From positions 1 to 7,057 of the forward strand of contig SUPR01000139.1 of NCBI GenBank assembly GCA_005191425.1: 7,057 nucleotides of DNA. Reading direction: 5' to 3'. Source of the stretch: Candidatus Helarchaeota ASGARD archaeon Hel_GB_B. Lineage in GTDB: Archaea > Asgardarchaeota > Lokiarchaeia > Helarchaeales > HEL-GB-B. Under the pieces are notes generated by a model that was given only the letters and a program-made list of their open reading frames with translations, did no database searches and was not told the origin of the DNA. Both the position numbers and the translations under genes were made by a program. Positions 6,727 to 7,057 of the stretch are shown in pieces (position 1 is the first letter of the stretch; every line of letters begins with the position of its first letter).

Positions 6727-7057
6727 CTAAAAAACTTTGAATATCCACAAAAATAAGAAAACAAATAAACATATAATGATAATTTGAGCTGAAATCAATA
6801 TAATTGTATATGTGTATTTTTCAAAAAATTTTAATTTATAGGGTTTAGATTCATCAAAAATTTCTGGAATTCCTCTATCATCATAAATAATTTTAATATC
6901 AATTTTTTCTAATTCTTTTATGTATTGATTTGGATCTTGTGATTCTGGCGGTAAAATTCCAATACCATCAATTTTCCCTTCAGCATAAAGTTTTGCAGCT
7001 ATTGCAGCTGGAAAACCTGTTAAATTTCCCATTTTTAGAACTGGAGTTGCATATACT
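6727..7057 (-). CDS. 3' part of a saccharopine dehydrogenase-like (Sacchrp_dh_C) oxidoreductase with a C-terminal TM tail; 5'-truncated by the window edge
   Basis: The frame stays open past the track's ATG to the window end (...VYATPVLKMGNLTGFPAAIAAKLYAEGKI.G.GILPPE). This matches the family's terminal motif M.RTTG.PAAI.A...L.G.I...GV..PE. The hydrophobic segment YTYTIILISAQIIIICLFVFLFLWIF sits just before the TAG. Confidence 0.75.
   Translation of the reverse strand, partial: VYATPVLKMGNLTGFPAAIAAKLYAEGKIDGIGILPPESQDPNQYIKELEKIDIKIIYDDRGIPEIFDESKPYKLKFFEKYTYTIILISAQIIIICLFVFLFLWIFKVF

Noticed and set aside
1-7057. tRNA, rRNA, CRISPR array, IS or integrase
   Set aside because: I saw no cloverleaf, repeat-spacer periodicity, terminal inverted repeats or transposase/integrase motifs by eye. 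A covariance-model scan of the intergenic regions would be needed to exclude small ncRNAs.

Overview
This is a very AT-rich, prokaryote-style, intron-free window with 7 credible CDSs and no RNA genes, mobile elements or CRISPR arrays visible. In order: a small Cys-rich DUF6485-like protein, translationally coupled behind a GH38 alpha-mannosidase (both minus strand); an orphan ~5-TM membrane protein; a RagA/Gtr1-like small GTPase fused to a C-terminal roadblock domain; a convergent 157-aa unknown protein; a stand-alone PAS_10-type protein; and the 3' end of a saccharopine-dehydrogenase-like enzyme with a C-terminal membrane anchor. A Rag-type GTPase-roadblock fusion in such a genome points to an Asgard archaeon (inference). 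The most novel signal is the 157-aa protein (5259..5732). It has a beta-thymosin/WH2-like motif (PDENEIKSFRSKLLKPI), a following helix like the C segment of WASP-family VCA regions, and an N-terminal helix resembling the WASH/WAVE homology helix. It is a candidate minimal archaeal actin regulator. All eukaryotic reference sequences quoted here are from memory and need checking, and no searches were run.
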